Of a stretch of 64,000 nucleotides of DNA, positions 15,369 to 28,711 are shown one piece after another. The stretch lies in the NCBI GenBank assembly GCA_000320545.1, contig ADNK01000007.1, positions 1 to 64,000 on the forward strand. Reading direction: 5' to 3'. Within the stretch, counting starts at the first letter, position 1; the number at the start of each line of letters is the position of its first letter. Below the pieces are notes generated by a model that saw nothing but the letters and a program-made list of their open reading frames with translations, had not been told where the DNA came from and did no database searches. The position numbers and the translations under genes are program-made. The stretch is from Bigelowiella natans CCMP2755 (Eukaryota; Protista; Cercozoa).

Positions 15369-15953
15369 GCTTTTTCAAAGTAGTCGTTAGTCCAAGAGCA
15401 GTAGCACTGTTGTCGGTAAGATCGATATAGAAGCGGTCGCGTAGATAGATGCATGCGTGGATAAAGCAACCATGTGCACACATTTTTGCTAGCAAATTCC
15501 AATCTGGATATGTAAATATCTGTAATACAAATTACAAGGTATCTGATATATGTAAGCAATATGTCTGAAACTGTGTCTATTTAGCATGTGCACTAGAATT
15601 ATGTACATATTGCTGGAGCGGCTCGCGACTAAATAGTAATAAAAATGAAGCGCCTGCGATCCTATGCGACAGATGTAATGGTCACAATGAAGCGATTAAA
15701 TACGTTCAATCGTTATGTCTGCAATGCTAAGGCTCGTGCATATCGTATCTATGCAAGCTAGCAAGGCGACTACTTTATTTTAGCGTATGCATGTTAGTAG
15801 TAGACACTTCGACACTACAATACTACAGCGTTCGCATGTGATTTACACAACCATGTAATGTTGCCGCAACTTAATATTATCGTTATGTGTATAATCATAA
15901 TTACGTTTTACTAACGCCAATATGATACAGGGAATAATTGTACAATTATGTTG

Positions 15954-17090
15954 CTAGAATTGAGTGAATGGTAGGTACGTCTCCTCTTTGACCCATCGCC
16001 CTCGATTTTTCCCTGTGAAAACCCTAGCCGCAAACTTACCTAGCACCTTGTCCGGAGTCAGAAATGGAACTTTCTGGCCGTCCAGATCTTCCTGCTCAAA
16101 TTTTATTGGAACCACACGTGCACCCTTGACCAGCTGTGCAGCTACATCCGGAGCAGGCTCTGCAAGGCAGTTGATGATGAACTTCTTCACCTTATCCGTC
16201 TGGATGGATTTATCTGCCATAAGTAGGTCGGTCTTGACAATGCCGGGGGACATCAAGTGGACTCCTACGTTGTCAATCTTTGCGACATTAAGTTCCTTTC
16301 TGAGAGATTTATTGAGCTGCTCTAGGCCGCGCTTGCAACTGCCGTACACAGAGACATTCGCCGTGGGAGCGCCGTCCTGGCCCTGCCCGAGCATATTGAA
16401 GATGTGTCCACCTCGCTTCTGCTCCTTCATTGTGTTGATAGCTCTCTTGCACCCGAGTAGAGTACCAACAAGATTAACGTCAACAGTGGCCTGGATGATT
16501 CGATCGTCCATCTCATTCAGAGGTCCGTAGCGGTACAGGTTTCCACCTGCATTGTTAATCCAGATATCGATATCGCCTAGTTCGCGCTTAGTAAAATCCA
16601 CCAGGTTGTCGAATTGTTCCCCCGAGCCCACATCACAGGGAGTTCCCCTAACCTTTTCTGCTCCAAACCTCTGAGCGAGCTCTGCCACTACCTCGTCATG
16701 TACCTCCTGCGGCTCGTTCGAGCAGATCACGACGGAGTCCCCTGCTTCAAGAAACTTCTCGGCGAGTGCGTAGCCAACACCCTTCGTTGACCCCGTGATG
16801 ACCACATTATAGTTACGGTCCACGATGTATTCCTCATCGCTTGCCCGCACGGCCACAAGACTGCTGCACGTCGGCGACGAAAGCAATGATCTTGACGACG
16901 CAATTCGGCCCATCATCCTCGTGATTGGACGGGAAGATGTGATACCCGGAATTCGACCAGTTCGAGAGGAAATCATAGTAGATCCTAGGCCTGAGTGCCG
17001 CTGCTGCTGATGCGTAGAGATGAGAAGCAGCGCTGCCACTGAGAGCAAGAGGAGGAGGAGAAGGGACGGGGTACTCTTCATGGTTCCCAT
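15954..17090 (-). CDS. NOL: Chlorophyll(ide) b reductase NOL/NYC1-like short-chain dehydrogenase with bipartite plastid-targeting presequence; intronless
   Basis: Rossmann motif YNVVITGSTKGVGYALAEKFLEAGDSVVICS, DIWINNAG, catalytic YGSCK, VHLMSPGIVKTDLLM and FIINCLAEP, all typical of NOL/NYC1. The N-terminus is a Leu-rich signal peptide followed by a Ser/Arg-rich transit peptide. Confidence 0.85.
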   Translation of the reverse strand: MGTMKSTPSLLLLLLLSVAALLLISTHQQQRHSGLGSTMISSRTGRIPGITSSRPITRMMGRIASSRSLLSSPTCSSLVAVRASDEEYIVDRNYNVVITGSTKGVGYALAEKFLEAGDSVVICSNEPQEVHDEVVAELAQRFGAEKVRGTPCDVGSGEQFDNLVDFTKRELGDIDIWINNAGGNLYRYGPLNEMDDRIIQATVDVNLVGTLLGCKRAINTMKEQKRGGHIFNMLGQGQDGAPTANVSVYGSCKRGLEQLNKSLRKELNVAKIDNVGVHLMSPGIVKTDLLMADKSIQTDKVKKFIINCLAEPAPDVAAQLVKGARVVPIKFEQEDLDGQKVPFLTPDKVLGKFAARVFTGKNRGRWVKEETYLPFTQF

Positions 17091-17910
17091 GCTCTTTGGA
17101 CTTTTTCAGGGTAGGCAATCGTTGGGGAAATCTCGAAAAATATCCACAGTTTTAATACTACGACATGAATTAAAACGTTGTCGCAGAATCAATATCTCAG
17201 TAGTCACGTGGTCTATGCATTCTACTTTTGCGCAGGAGGTTGGATAACTTTTTTACCTGCGAACTTCGAGAGGCTTCGCTCGCATGATACAAAATTGAAA
17301 TTTAGATCATTTGCTATGTACGTCAAAGCATAAGGATATATTTTCGTAGAAATGGAACGTGTTCCAGACCTGTGTCAGCCTCCGAAGACATTGGGATTTA
17401 TTTTTCCTACTGGGAAGTATTCCAAGCGAAGTCCCAACGAAGCATGAACCTTCGAGCCTTTTCCAAAGAAAGGATATTTCATTCATGATGTTTGTTGGAT
17501 ATATAAATTTCCAGTGAATGAGTAAGCTACAACAGCTCGGACAATGCTTCTCATTGCCATGTATTTTCAAATATTAAACATAACTCACGAATTATTAATT
17601 TACCAGAAGACGGACAATATTTTTTAAAGAAGATGAACTTCTTCTGTCTCCCACAGAATATTCCTTGCATTTTATTGTTAATATCGTACGATTTCAAATA
17701 AATACGTTGGTAGTAAGTACTTCTTTTAAGCAGTTGCTCTTCCGGGAGAGAAGAAGCGAGGAGTCAATGGTGGTGCTGCCAACGGCTGTCAATCGTTCCC
17801 ACCTCCCTTCCTTGTAATCTAGCGGACAGTTTCACGGGCGGAGCCACTCCCTCCCAGGAAAGTAGCCTTCAATCCTATTGAGATCGTTAGTTCCAGTGGG
17901 CTTTGAGGCG

Positions 17911-18257
17911 ATGGAGGACACAAAAACGGCAACCGATACCACAGACCGGCGGGAAATAGGGAACGAAGCTGCATGGACGCTCTCGAGCGCAAAGGTATGA
18001 TGGTGATGCTAAGTGGAGATAGTGAGCTACTATCAATTCTCTGCGTATCTCCCAACACTTTGTAAATTTCCCATTTGTCACTCATCATGCAGCCTGGGAA
18101 TGGAGTCGAGCAACTACGTGACGACAACTTTGAGACCTTCTGGCAGGTTTCTATGTATATCTGCTACCTTACATTACTTCCGATACATTTCAAATCCTTC
18201 CTCTTCTCCTCCACGCTACCCATGTCCTTACATGTCTTCCCTTCCCCCCCCCCCCCC

Positions 18258-18292
<35 letters not shown>

Positions 18293-19067
18293 TTCCAGAG
18301 TGACGGATCACAGCCACACTTAATAAACATACAGTTCTACAAGAAGATGCGAATAAAGGTACAGCGAAACCTACATCATTTACAACCACTCTACACACTC
18401 GCACTCCCATCTTCAGGAGCTCCACCTCTACTGCGACTTCAAACGCGATGAGAGCTATACACCGAGCAAGGCAATAATAACTCACAGGAAGCTCATGTCT
18501 TAGTCCTGCAAAATGAATTCGTGTAGAGAGGATATACCAATATACTCCCACCGAACACTGCGCACGATAGTAAAAAGAAACGAAAAGCTGCAGCAGGCCA
18601 ACGCTAACGTCTATCTTTCATCAGATATCCATAAAAGCTGGTAGTGGATTTCACGATCTGCGCGAAGTGAAGTTGGAGGAGCTTGATGAGCCGGAAGGTA
18701 CAACCTCCGACAATTAAATACTACACATACAAAAGCACGTGATCACGCATATTCTTATATCTATTAGGATGGGTCACTATTGACCTCACGACGAAAGATA
18801 GCAACAATAGTCACCAAGGTGATTGTTAGTTGGGGAGGATAATCAAACGCTTCGATGAGAATATAGCATTGTCATCCCCTTTTCTAGTTTGTGCGGCGGA
18901 TATCACAATTCATACATAAACTTCCCTCCTCTTGCGCATTTGGAAAGGGAGCGCGAGCACATACTACCTCCGAGCGCATGTGGTACAAGTCGCTGTGCTG
19001 TCGAGCCACCAGAATGGCCGTGATACACACGTCAGACAGGTTACTGCTGATTAGTCACTGAAAGAGA

Positions 19068-19113
<46 letters not shown>

Positions 19114-19512
19114 GAGGGGGGATGATTCATTTCGAAATTGTTCTTCTTGGAGATTTACTGTAAAGTGTCGCTGATACATCGGCTCCAAGCGCGGAACATT
19201 GCGCTTTTCATTAGTAGCAAACACTGGAATCCGATTATATTTGTGTTGCTTCTTTCCTCATTCTGTTTGTTCATATTCTTCTACCTCTAACAATAGGTGA
19301 AAATATTCGGGCCGCGTCAGTCGTCTACAAAGGTATGTAGTGATATTCAAGATTATCGTATTATCTGTTCCGCAATTCAATATAAGAAGGCATCGGTGCA
19401 AGTGCAGTTTTTCCCTACTTAAAGATGACAATTAATTAACAATAAGGGATTCGGCACGGAGCTATCACGGTTTCTCACGCAAGATTTCGTCATGTTCTCG
19501 TGTCTACGGTGA
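17911..19512 (+). CDS. APC10: Anaphase-promoting complex subunit 10 (DOC1), 9 exons
   Basis: Spliced translation: MEDTKTATDTTDRREIGNEAAWTLSSAK|PGNGVEQLRDDNFETFWQ|SDGSQPHLINIQFYKKMRIK|ELHLYCDFKRDESYTPSK|ISIKAGSGFHDLREV..EPE|GWV..|..SSHQNGRDTHVRQ|VKIFGPR..|..FSCLR*. Confidence 0.95.
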
Positions 19513-20310
19513 CTGAGACAAGGACGGGGAGCACATAGAAGACGGGTCAATGATGAGCTTGTGACGAGGAGGAAAAGATGATGATCGTTAGTTATGATAG
19601 ACTAGAGGGCAACATAAGATGACATGTTACGATATAACGAACATAATTATCATTAGTTCCTGCTGTCCGCATTTCATGCCGAGCCTTTGCATTGCACAGC
19701 CTAGTAGTATTAATGAGCTAGTGAGGCGCGCATTCATGCATGTGCATCAGTATTGCTGAGTTTGCGCTATATATATACACCACTATATTAGCTACTAGGC
19801 TACGATGACGTCGCGGTACATCACACAGCTGCGATATGTGAGATGGATGTAATGAATTGATGAAATATTTTCAATAATGGTTATCTTAATGTAGCTGTGC
19901 AATACAGCGGCTACACACAGCGCTTATGTTGTGATTACAATGTATGGCATATTGATGGCAGTCTAGCAGTGAGTGTGCATAACTATTGTTATTGTCTAGT
20001 ACGTTGTGTGCCATGTCGTCGAGATTGCCCTGTCAGCATTGCAGTCTCTCTATCAATAGCTATCGAACAGGCTTTGTTGTTTTCATCTGGCCATGCAGCA
20101 GCAACACAGCCATCGACGTACACGTACTCATCATCAATGCGCTTGTAATTTTGTGTATCAATCATACACTTCGGAGCAGAGCTATCTGGTATATTTCTTT
20201 CTAGCCTACAGCCTAGCAGCTAGACTATACAAGCTACAGCCGATGCATGATACAGGTAACTGGTTTGAGATAGCTAAATTGTTTAAGACAAAAAATTTCG
20301 CTATTACACA

Positions 20311-20983
20311 TCAACGTCTGCCTCTATCATTTCCGCGCTTTTTATTCCTATTCTGGAAATAGCGGCTATTGACAAACTTATCTGCCATTTTATCAATTTC
20401 GTCATCAGCACCGTTGCTAGGAGCGTTGGTGATGTTGTACTTCCTCGTCAGCTCCTCTTCACCGATCTCAGGATTAAGCAGTGACTCCATCATCATATCT
20501 CGAATAAAGTACCTGATAGTAACATGATAGTGATCAACGATAATAATAATGAACGAGACATGCGAGCAGAAAACTCCAAGAAGATGACGACGTTGAACAA
20601 TGCTGTAAGCAAGAGCAAGCACAATAGTCGGCATCAAAGCTCTTTCTTGTTTCCGCCATAGCACAGAAGCAAAGACAGAGATGGATGGGATTCGATAAAA
20701 GTATGAGGCGGGCTCCTATTTTGATTGCAACGTACGTAGATTTCGCGAATCTCAGATCTCCACCCACTCTACTTTTGCCTGGAAAAATTCAAGGGAGGAT
20801 GAGGTCAGTGAAGCTGGAGGAATATGGTCGTCTCAGCAGGCACACTGAGTAATTGTTGCCGTTTGATGATGCGCTTCTCTTCTCTTCGACGTGCATTGTT
20901 GCGGCAGAAGGTGAAAGGAGATGATGATGCATACATACGCACATGCTGGTAATACACACACACACACACACACACATAGAGAG

Positions 20984-21032
<49 letters not shown>

Positions 21033-23242
21033 ATACCTCTTCCACTCTCGTACATTTCATCCAAACGGGCGCGGGCAAAGGCCGCCTTGAAGAATAACAC
21101 CATACATTCCAAATGCAGCGATTTTAGAAATAGAAGAGTCACCAACGCCAACACCACCACCATTGTCAGTAGTAGCTATAAATAATAATGGTGAGGCCAC
21201 GACCTTTTACGTGAAGGAGGTGGTGGTGGTGGTGGTGGTTGTACGACAAAAAACAAAGACGAGGTGGCGTGGATGATGGGGAGGGTGGGTCTTGAACAAA
21301 AACCATGGCACTTATTATCTGTACACTTATGCCTGTATGTTTGTACGTAAGTGTCTGCGTGTGAGTGCTTATTGCGTTGTACTGCGCTGTGTGCAGTAAC
21401 GATAATGTGATATTTCAGCAGTACCGCCCCAGAATCTTGTTCATTCGAATGATCTAAGAACGGAACGCGTGCGGCCTTATGGGAGGTAATAGGAGAGGAG
21501 AAGAGGGGAAGAGTGAGGTCATGGTGATGATGTTTTGTAGGATTAGTTCTCTTCCTCAGCACTAGCGTCACCACTATCACAACTCTTCTCTCTATCTCTG
21601 CCTTTTTCTTCTTACTTCTTTCTTCCTCTTCTTCTAAAAATACCTCTGCAGACGCCGATTCACGGATTATCCGATGGACTTGAGGATCATGAACGCCTCT
21701 GTGATATAGAAGTGAGACAGAGAGAGAGACAGAGAGAGAGACAGAGAGAAGAATGGTTACCAAAAATACACAGCTGTGGAGATATAAGCATGTATGTATA
21801 CGTTGGTTATTCTTTGTGCATATGTGGTCGACGTGCATTACGCTCTCCTCATTCGTTCAATGAAGGCCTCAGAGTCTGTTATCTTCTCTTGTGTGTACTC
21901 CACTAGCCGTTTCTTCGCAATCACCCTGTGTGTTAGGAGATACGACGACAACAGTATTTTTTTAAACAATCTGTTTTGTGAATCTTTGTAGTGTTGATAG
22001 TTTGGCCTTGCTTGTCATGTAATCACTGCGAGGATGATATATTGCACGCTGTAGCTCCTAGTTGTTTTATAAATCACAATCCTCGGTCTATTTAATACTC
22101 TCTCTTTGCGTCGTCCATCAACGTTTCCAGCGACGTTTGCACTCGCCTCATAGCCTCCTGAGGAAGGAGAGTAGCATGCACGAGTATTATGATATTAAAA
22201 AGTCAGAAGCAGAAAGGATGGAGAAGGAGAGGCTATGAAAGCGCAACGTATTCTTCGGTGTGGGCAGATACTAGATAGTCTTGAGCTACTACAACACATT
22301 GCTGCTGCTCCTTCACCAAAAGCTGCTGCTGCTGCTGCTACTTACACTAGCTCCGGGGTGAGAGCACTTGTCCGGGTGTAGAATCAGCGAGATGCTGTTC
22401 GTTTGTTCAAAAGAAAGGGGAGAGAGAGGGCGGGGGGGGGAGGGGGGGAGAGAGAATTTCACAACACAGAATGCACGAGGGGGGCAAGGTGGGGGAATCA
22501 TTAGATCATCGAAGGCTCTTTCATCTGGACTCTTTCTAATGAAAATCCAGGAAAAGAGAAGGAAACCATAATTATTCTGTGGTGTTGTATTTACTATCGG
22601 TAAGATTTGCGAACGTAGTCCTCTGAGTCGTCCTCCCATACCTGTGACAATATAACAAATGGTTCTTAAAGGATTCACCAGCAACCAAGGCGAAGAATGC
22701 GACAAAAACGCACAGGGACTCATTTGTGCTGAACGATTCCGCCCCCCTTCCCTCTCCCACATTATTTTTTAATATGCATATAGATGCATAAACACACGTT
22801 GAGGATCTTGAATGCATCGTCCTTGATCGAGAGTACCCGATGTACCTGATGATGGTGATGATGATGATGATGAACATATATTACGGTGCACTCCCAAATG
22901 GAGAAGATGAAACTGATAAGGCAATTTAAGAAGACGAATATCGTCATAGCGATTTTCCTGATAATGAACGTGTATATCTAATGTGTCACCATCACCTCTT
23001 CCGCACGCTCCGCTTCGTTCATTTGGATGACTCGGCTGTGGGAAATTTTCTGGAGAGCAGCATGCATGCAGGAGTGAGGCGGAAAGCAAAAGAGGCAGCG
23101 GCATTAGAAGTGTGTAGTAGAACCCAAGCACGCGCTATGTTGCTTCTAAGTGATGATATTTCGCCTCTTCAATCTACATCATCATCCACATTGAACGATG
23201 GGAAGGGGCTCTAATTGCTTCATATCCACAATCGTTACAATT

Positions 23243-23274
<32 letters not shown>

Positions 23275-24268
23275 TATAATCATCATTATAGTCATCATAA
23301 TCATGAAAGCCCTCTCTCCGACTACGGATTGTTTGTGTTTCTTGCATGCATGTGAGCCTCAATCGGCGCGACCTTTCTCTTCGCTTTCCCCCCTGGATAG
23401 ACACAGCCACGACATAGAGAACAACAGGCCACACACATCATTAAAAAAAAATACAAGCCTCCCGTTATTTATCATGTCGCTTTTGTGCACGATTCATCAT
23501 CCACCATATAACTTGTTTGAATTCGTCGGTTAGTTGTCGCAGAAGACCTGGTCGCTGTCTCCCTTTAAAGGCAGGTTTGCTGCTGCCGTCATGACCCCCT
23601 TCCTCCCTCTTCCCATAGCCGCTGCCGCTTTGAAGAGGATCTGATGCAGAAGTTAGTTGTGTCTATTCCGATATGTTCGCGATGCGTCATCTATATGCTC
23701 GCATATTATGTATCATATATGCACACACTCGTTTCATATTCTGTCTTTCTGTCTGCGCGCGCGTGTGTTTTGTAGATATAAATTGTATTTGAAACAGCTC
23801 TATCCAAACCTCCCTCGGCATCTTCATTCAATCTTCCTCCTCCTCCTCCTCCTCCTCCGCCAGCCTCATCTTGATGAGCCATCGATTCTACGGTGTGGTT
23901 GATAATTTTGCCGAAGAACTTTGTAAACGGGTCGTTGACGATGTTATCGGTCCCTTCCCCTCCTTGTCGCTCCACGCTGCATACAGCATAATATCAAATT
24001 AGCCCAGGACGGGATGGGGGGAGGGGAGATGAGGAGAATGGGAGAGCATGGATAATTGATGCTGGTATCACGAAGACAACGAGCACGAATAAAGTAGTGA
24101 TTATGACGACTACGACAATAAAGATGGGGACCGATATGAGTGTGAGGAGCGTTCCATTCTTTTTTCTAATGCCTGATAGGACGAACGCAGTCAACAAATC
24201 GCAATGGTGAAAGAGAACGATGAAAAGGAAGAAGAAATTTACACAAATAGACAGATACACATGCAACA

Positions 24269-24339
<71 letters not shown>

Positions 24340-24425
24340 GTGTGTGTGTGTGTGTGTGTGTATGTGTTTGTGTATATCTTTCGATTAAAAGCCCTTCTTC
24401 CCTATTCCACCTCTTCCCCCAAACA

Positions 24426-24457
<32 letters not shown>

Positions 24458-25790
24458 TACCTCAAATTCTTCAAACGTCTTTGAGCCATACAGACTCATA
24501 TCTATTGTTGGCGCAGGTGTAGGAGCAGAAGAAGAAGAAGAAGAAGAAGAAGAATGGAATCCATCAGCAGCAGCAGCAGCGGGTCTCCTTTTCCTCCTCA
24601 CCAAGGGACGTATTCTTGGTGGTGATATGTCCCTAGGCCCATTCCATCCAGTCATTGGTCTGCTGCTGACATGTCCTCTCTCATTCTCATCATTATCATC
24701 ATCATCTTGCCTGACTTCAGTGTGTTTCCCCTTTCTTCCAATCTTCCCTCTCTTCTCAAACAACCTCTCCATCCTTATTCCTCCAGGTGACCTAACACCT
24801 GCGGAGCTTAGATTGCTTCCTGGGGGTACGAGCGAGGCGTCTATTGGCGCCTCAACGTTATCACCATCATCAGCAGCAGCAGGTGTTGCATCATCCACGA
24901 AGTTTCCATTCTTGGAATAGATGTTTTCTAAGTGTGGTGATGATGACGGAAGAGGAGGAGGAGGCGGTGGTGGCGGCGACGAGGCCGAGTGCATCGAGGA
25001 ACAAGAAGATGATGAGTAGGAAGTAGAATAAGAGGAAGAAGAAGAGGAAGTCGATGAAGAATCTGAGTAGTCTCGCTTGCGCGTTCTCTTATGTTTCCTT
25101 TTCCGCTTATGCTTCTTCTTCTTCTTCTTCCTTTCCGTTGCTTTCTTATGCTGCTTTGAGGTACGATGATGCTTTCGCTTTCTTTGTCTCTCCTTATGTT
25201 CTTTCTTTTTTATTTTCTTCTTTTTCTTCTTTTCTCTGGGGAGATGCGAGGAGTCATCAGGAGGCAGACGATGGGGATGTTGGACTTCAATGGTAGATTC
25301 TTCGTGACGAAGGCTAGAAATCACCTCCATTGCACCGTCGCCGTGACGATCTGCAGAACGTTGTCGAATAATGGTAGATTTGCTGTTTCCACGGAATATC
25401 GGGACCCCATGGTGACCGAGGAAGTTTCTGAAGGCAGCACAACCAAAAGAAGGCGGGGATGATAACAAAGTTAGTTGTTTTCGACGACTGCATGCACCAG
25501 ATGTAAAGCGACGTTATGTTGTTACATCCTCATTATGATCCCCTTCTCCCATCCTCCCACTAACCCTCCTTCTACACTGCAAAAGCAGCAACCCTAACTT
25601 CTAATACTACCCAGAGGTGTCGCCGTCGTTCTCTTTAGGACGGCGCAACGATGATGATGATGGAGTTCCGGAGAATAGACCGCTACGGTATTCTATCGGC
25701 TCGTCAAACTCTATTTTCTCTCCTCTAAAGTTTATATCCATATCTCCTCCAACCACGCCAAAGCCTCTGCTGCCACCGTTACCCATCCTG
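20311..25790 (-). CDS. J-domain (DnaJ/Hsp40, DNAJC8-like) protein with long Lys/Ser-rich low-complexity N-terminus; start uncertain (may extend to ~26400)
   Basis: Exons encode VHRVLSIKDDAFKILN (~22830), ISLILHPDKCSHPGA (~22350-22395; HPD motif) and EAMRRVQTSLETLMDDAKRE (~22100-22160). Terminal exon ends ..NRNKKRGNDRGRR* at 20311. Confidence 0.7.
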
Positions 25791-27432
25791 TCGTATGCCA
25801 CCATTAAACAATAACACACATCAGCGGAACCGCAAGCATACGATGAACGTCTGTGCTGTCTCTGGTAAAGACGCTCTGCCGTAGCGTGCAGTTTTAGATT
25901 TCGTTCGTTCAGATACAACACTACAACCCGTGGTCGAAGTCTCGGAGCATGGGGGAACGAAAGAAGCGCTCGGAGTTAAGGCTCAAGAGGATGCCTAGCA
26001 CGTTGAGAAAAGACGACTGGTGAAAGAAATGTAGCACCGAATCACTAAATATGGGCCCCACCTGCAATGCACGTCGAAGCAAGGCGCAACGTCCTTCGAC
26101 CGGATCCGCGCGCCGCCATAAATCACTCCGGCTGCTCACGACTGAATTATTTGCAGAGGAATCTGTGAATTATTCCTCCGTCGTGCGATGACCAACAGAT
26201 AGGTAACTCCTGTTCGGACGGCACATCCCTCTTTCCTCAGGCAATCGTCTAGCTTGGCTCCAACCCCCCCAAATTCGAGACGCCAGAGCTAATACTTCTT
26301 TCTCTGTTCCATGTAAGCACGCCTCCACCAGGCATCCACTCTCGTAACAATAGCAGAACGGACTCAAACGTCTACTCAGTACTTAAGTACTGTAGTCTCC
26401 TGGAAAGAAGAGAGACTTCCTGCTTGTCGTTATGATCAAATCCCCACTATTTTCTTCCGATTTTACCTTGCACGGGCTCATTTTTCGGTTGTCATAGCAC
26501 CTTGCCAAAAATCAATCAATCGCATGTTGTTTAGAATTTGCGACAACATTTCTGATTGATTTTTTTATGAAAGCGCCGAAACATTCCGTTCAGAATCATG
26601 ATTTGTATTACAAAGGCACATGAACGCCATTAAGATTGATATTACGACAAAGAATCTACGTATGTCGTATAGAATAAAATTAATGCATTTGTTCGAAACA
26701 CTCTCAATTTATACGATACTTTGTGTCGTTGAGGATCCTCACGTGGACGTTAGGAGGTAGGGAACCGGGGGGGGAGGGAATAGGCGAATGAAGAGTCCAG
26801 ATATAATTTCAGAGAGTATTTTCGATCATAAACGTTAAATTTAAATAGTTGAAAGTGTGATGGAGGTGGTTGGATCGTACTACTTGCATCATTACCTTGA
26901 ATTCTCGCATTTGCCTTATTACAGTGCTCATAGGAGTTCGGAGAGGGATCTCCAGAGTAAGTTGAATTACTCTGTTGCGACTGGGCTTCTGGGAAATAGG
27001 GGAGGCGGGCCTCATACCAACAAGTATCCGAACCCTCTGAAACACGCATAAAATAGAACATTGCAGTTGAAACAACAAAGTCTCATTGTTACATTTTTTC
27101 ACCACTTGCCATCAACAACGCACCAAAAAGCTTATATCAGCAGTCATCATAACCCTCTCATCTTGCATCAGAAGAAAAGCTTTACTCGCCACAGCGAGTG
27201 GGCGGTGTTCACTGCAAGTATCCATAAGAGCTCTACGAAATAAGTTGCCGAGAAAGGTGGCTCTGCCGCTACTACTGCTTGCCCAGTGTGGACCAGCTAT
27301 TCCAAAAAGACACATCAAAAGTACGAATATAGAAACTTTGATTTGCTTTTCAAGCGATCCGCCCATACATCAAGTTGACATTCAGCGAAACATCTTTCCG
27401 ACAAATCTCAGGAGCAGTCCTCATACACTCTG

Positions 27433-28253
27433 ATGGAGGACGGCAACATTGATGGAGATGGGACCCATCCTTCACCACGGCACACTTCTGAGTACTTAGC
27501 AATTAATGCTACGAATCTGCATCATGTGGAGTATATATCCACCATATAGATTTGTGAAACGCTTATCGTGGTTAGGTTGAAGGTTCGTCCGAGCAGTTAT
27601 GCAATTTCAGGGCTAAGGAATCGTCGCCACCAAGCAAAGGTAATATCAACTGAGAACCCCTCACTTCCCTTCTGGTGATCATGACATCGTCGAGGAAATG
27701 TTGTTACGTTTGGATATACCACAGAGGTCATCTGCGGGATGGATCTTCTTCCTGCTACCTGTTTCTGGCCAGAGGTTCATCATGGTCAGCAGCGTGTGCT
27801 TCCTCATCACGTTGTTCCTCTGCACAGTGACAATATATCTCCTCGCCACGGCCAACGGTGTGTCATACTCACAGACCAACAAACAAGGGATTACATTTCA
27901 AGTCTTTGTGTCACTGATTGTAGTCTCTCTCTCCCTCCCTTTTTCTTTACCTTCAACAAAAAACACGCACGCGCCCTCGCGCTTATCAGACTTGTTCTCC
28001 CACTCAATTCTCCCCCCTTGTTTTTTTGTTCCGAAGCGAACACAATAGGGCTAATTCAGATTGCTGTGGCCATTGTCACGTGCGACTTTTTCACCGTCTG
28101 CCTTGGTACACCCGTCTCTTACAACAGACGCACACGCACACAGACGCCTACAGAAGTTAAAGAACACAATTCTTAAATATAGTGAGTGTTGACGCCCTTC
28201 GTGGTTCCCGGACCACGCACACCTACACATACTTACACACATACACACACAAA

Positions 28254-28293
<40 letters not shown>

Positions 28294-28674
28294 GTTCACG
28301 TACACGTTTGCACTGATTTGTTTCTCTTAGTGTGGGACGGCGTTTATGCTGAGGCACAATCTCGGCTGAACGTGTCGGGACTGTTTGCTCTCGCGCTGCT
28401 GCTTCTCTCCATTGCAGGTAAATTATTATATCGTCACTTTGATCGTCATGATAAGTAACTGAGCGTTTGCTTTTCATCAAAACAAAAGGTATGGCAGAAG
28501 CGACAATAAAGTGGCGGGAGGGTGGCATAGAGACCTCTTCGATCACAGAGCACTATGTAAATCAAATTCAATGAATAGGAAGTTGTAGTAGGGGAACAAA
28601 AACAAAAAAATAAGAGGAGGAAATGACTCTCATCCCTGTCATCACACCGCCAGCACTTGTCATCATTATCACCA

Positions 28675-28711
<37 letters not shown>

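Noticed and set aside
15964-16530. 188-aa plus-strand ORF, and antisense ORFs within pol (46479-50330)
   Set aside because: Antisense shadows of real coding sequences.
17250-17480. Scattered GAA/TTC motifs between NOL and APC10
   Set aside because: No run of three correctly spaced pentamers seen; not called as an HSE.
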